A stretch of DNA of 63,750 nt, counting the filler, from Octopus bimaculoides (Eukaryota): assembly GCF_001194135.2 (NCBI RefSeq). It is 4 parts of 4 records of this genome, joined end to end, with 100 filler letters (N's around TTAATTAATTAA, not from the genome) between each part and the next. Parts side by side here need not be neighbours in the genome. Positions count along the whole stretch, not along the records: positions 57,438 to 63,750 come from NC_069005.1; 3 more parts are not named here. The stretch is one strand, 5' to 3'. Made by a program: the position numbers and the translations under genes. Every line of letters starts with the position of its first letter. Position 1 is the stretch's first letter. Positions 61,470 to 63,750 of the stretch are shown piece by piece. Below the pieces are notes generated by a model. The model saw only the letters and a program-made list of their open reading frames with translations. It searched no databases and was not told the origin of the DNA.

Positions 61470-61850
61470 CATCATCATCATTATCATCATCATTTAACTC
61501 CGCTTTCCATGTTGGCATGGATTGGACGGTTTGACTGAAAACTGGTAAGCCAGGGAGCTGCACCAGGTTCCAATCTGATTTGGCAAGGTTTCTACAGCTG
61601 GATACCCTTCCTAACGTCAACCACTCCGTGTGTCCGGTTGTTTTATACGTGTCAACGGTACGGGTGCCATTGACCTGACCCTGGCATCGGCCTCGACTAC
61701 GGTCTCACTTACCTTGATAGGTCAACACAAGCACGGTATATCGCCAAGGGTTTTGGTCACCTGACACTGCCTCCATTAGGCCCAATGCTCGAATGGTGCC
61801 AGTCAGATGGCACTGGCATCAGCCACGATTACGATTTCACTCGGTTGTTA
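61470..61850 (-). mobile_element. RTE-type 3' UTR copy ending in (GAT)n
   Basis: catcatcatttaactccgctttccatgttggcatggattggacgg...ggatacccttcctaacgtcaacc. Confidence 0.7.
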
Positions 61851-61889
61851 TGCTTTCGTTCTGTGGGTAGAGTACTGCTGCAAAATAAG

Positions 61890-62200
61890 CGTGATCATCA
61901 TCATCGTTTAACGTCCGCCTTCCATGCTAGCATGGGTGGGACGGTTAGACAGGAGCCGGCCGGGCAGGCGCCTGCACCAGACTTTTATGATTGTTTTGGC
62001 AGGATTTTACAGTCGGATACTCTTCCTAACACCAACCACTCAGCAGAGTAGACTTAGTGCTTTTTACGTGGCACATGTACAGGTGAGGTCAGTTTTGCCA
62101 AGGTTTTTACAGGTGGATGCCCTTCCAAACGCCAACAGTGTAGACTGGATGCTTTTTAAGTGGCACATGCACTGACAGGATCACCAAGTAACTTGTAAGA
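61890..62200 (-). mobile_element. Related RTE-type 3' UTR copy
   Basis: catcatcgtttaacgtccgccttccatgctagcatgggtgggacgg...ggatgcccttccaaacgccaac. Confidence 0.65.
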
Positions 62201-63186
62201 CAAAAATCTTCTGAAGGAGAGGGGCATCGAAGGAGGTGATCTAATGATGTAAGGTTATAGTGAGACAAAGACAGAAACAGGTGTCTTGCTGTAAAAGAGG
62301 TACAAGGTTACCTGGTAGGAGAGAGAGAGAGAGAGATCAAGAATGAAGACAGAAATAGCTGTACTGCCGCAAAGGAGATACATGGTTACTCAACCTGAGT
62401 AAAATGCAGAAGAAGGAGAGAGAGTGTGGGAGACAGCAGGATAGAGATGGAGGCAAAATGCTGGGCATACTCATAAGGGACGGGGGTTAGAATATAAATG
62501 GGATGGTTGAGGAAGGGCAGAGAGGATATAGATGTTAGAAAGTGCCAGGACATACCCTTGACGTTCGAAGGTCATAATAAAGGTTGCAGGATATTGTGAA
62601 AGAAGTGTGATTAGAATGTGCAGAGAAGCTGATAAAGTAAATGACGAAAACCTGGGTATATATAGAGTGGTGGGAGAGGACTACCGGATAGCAATGATAC
62701 AGAGAAACAGGGCCGTGAGGACAGGATTGGGGAGTGAGCGATAGGCATAGTGTTTGAAGGAGGAAACGTGAGGAAGAGATGTAGAGATGTAGATTGGTTT
62801 GTTGGGGTAGAGTGTGTGTGAAAAGTTTTCTTGTTACTACTTAATAAATCCTATATACCAATGCGGAGTTGAGCACTCACTCACATGGTTCGACATTTAT
62901 GTATATGCGCATGTATATATATATATATATATATNNNNNNNNNNNNNNNNNNNNNNNNNNNNNNNNNNNNNNNNNNNNNNNNNNNNNNNNNNNNNNNNNN
63001 NNNNNNNNNNNNNNNNNNNNNNNNNNNNNNNNNNNNNNNNNNNNNNNNNNNNNNNNNNNNNNNNNNNNNNNNNNNNNNNNNNNNNNNNNNNNNNNNNNNN
63101 NNNNNNNNNNNNNNNNNNNNNNNNNNNNNNNNNNNNNNNNNNNNNNNNNNNNNNNNNNNNNNNNNNNNNNNNNNNNNNNNNNNNNN

Positions 63187-63225
<39 letters not shown>

Positions 63226-63684
63226 CATTAAAAAATGGAAAATGCGAACAAGGAAAAATCAATTTCATGTCGCCTCCGCACGTTGCGATTCCCATCTTCA
63301 TTCATATTTTACAATTAACATTGCTTAATGCATTTAATAGGTAAAAACCTCTTCAGACCAAAATTGACATGTATTCATATACATTCAATTACATCGTAAT
63401 GGACGAAGAGCTCCTCTGTTCCCACTCGCTCTTTCCTTTATATATATTATGTTATTAAATGGTATTCTCCTATATCGGATAGATGAAAACATCACTAACG
63501 ACAACTGCAACTTTATAAGTGTTAGGCACTAATGTCGAAGAAGAACCATCAATAAACACTAATACGAGCACAAATTAAGAAATTCCAGAAAATTAATCGA
63601 TATGGAGCTAAACCGGTGTACGCTTGTATAAAATACATCCCTGTGAAAGAGCAACCACTTTTCATTCGAAACTTCATTAACACA

Positions 63685-63687
<3 letters not shown>

Positions 63688-63750
<63 letters not shown>
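63688..63750. repeat. (CT)n microsatellite at the window end
   Basis: Direct inspection. Confidence 0.95.

Noticed and set aside
62200-62820. Purine-rich stretch with faint Penelope-like peptide similarity on the minus strand
   Set aside because: Too degenerate to support a call without a profile search.

Overview
Eukaryotic, AT-rich draft-assembly window dense in microsatellites and transposons, with many N gaps. It is most likely cephalopod (Octopus-like). That call is inferred from the SINE families, the (TA)n/(CA)n/(TAA)n density and the TTAGGG-type telomeric repeats; it was not verified by a search. One clear protein-coding gene is present: an intronless FAR-17a/AIG1/ADTRP-family membrane hydrolase (24854-25555, minus) that retains the catalytic Thr/His positions. 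A second probable gene or pseudogene encodes a divergent linker-histone-H1-like protein (36748-37284, minus; 5' end unresolved). A few short candidate exons of unidentified genes lie in the first 20 kb. Most of the rest is mobile DNA: three DD37D (maT) Tc1/mariner copies, a mariner MITE, pogo/Tigger, Chapaev-like, hAT-MITE, Penelope-like, Tx1/L1-like and RTE fragments, and many tRNA-derived SINE copies. About 16 fragments of R4/Dong-like restriction-endonuclease LINEs are also present, almost all on the minus strand and mostly abutting (TTA)n tracts. The most unusual structures are a GG-ended, 8-bp-TSD inverted-repeat element carrying (CCCTAA)n telomeric repeats, the (TAA)n-associated LINE/SINE nest, the H1-like ORF, and a shift in CpG decay between 0-22 kb and 23-42 kb. 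Family names come from remembered motifs, not database searches, and TE boundaries are approximate unless termini are stated.
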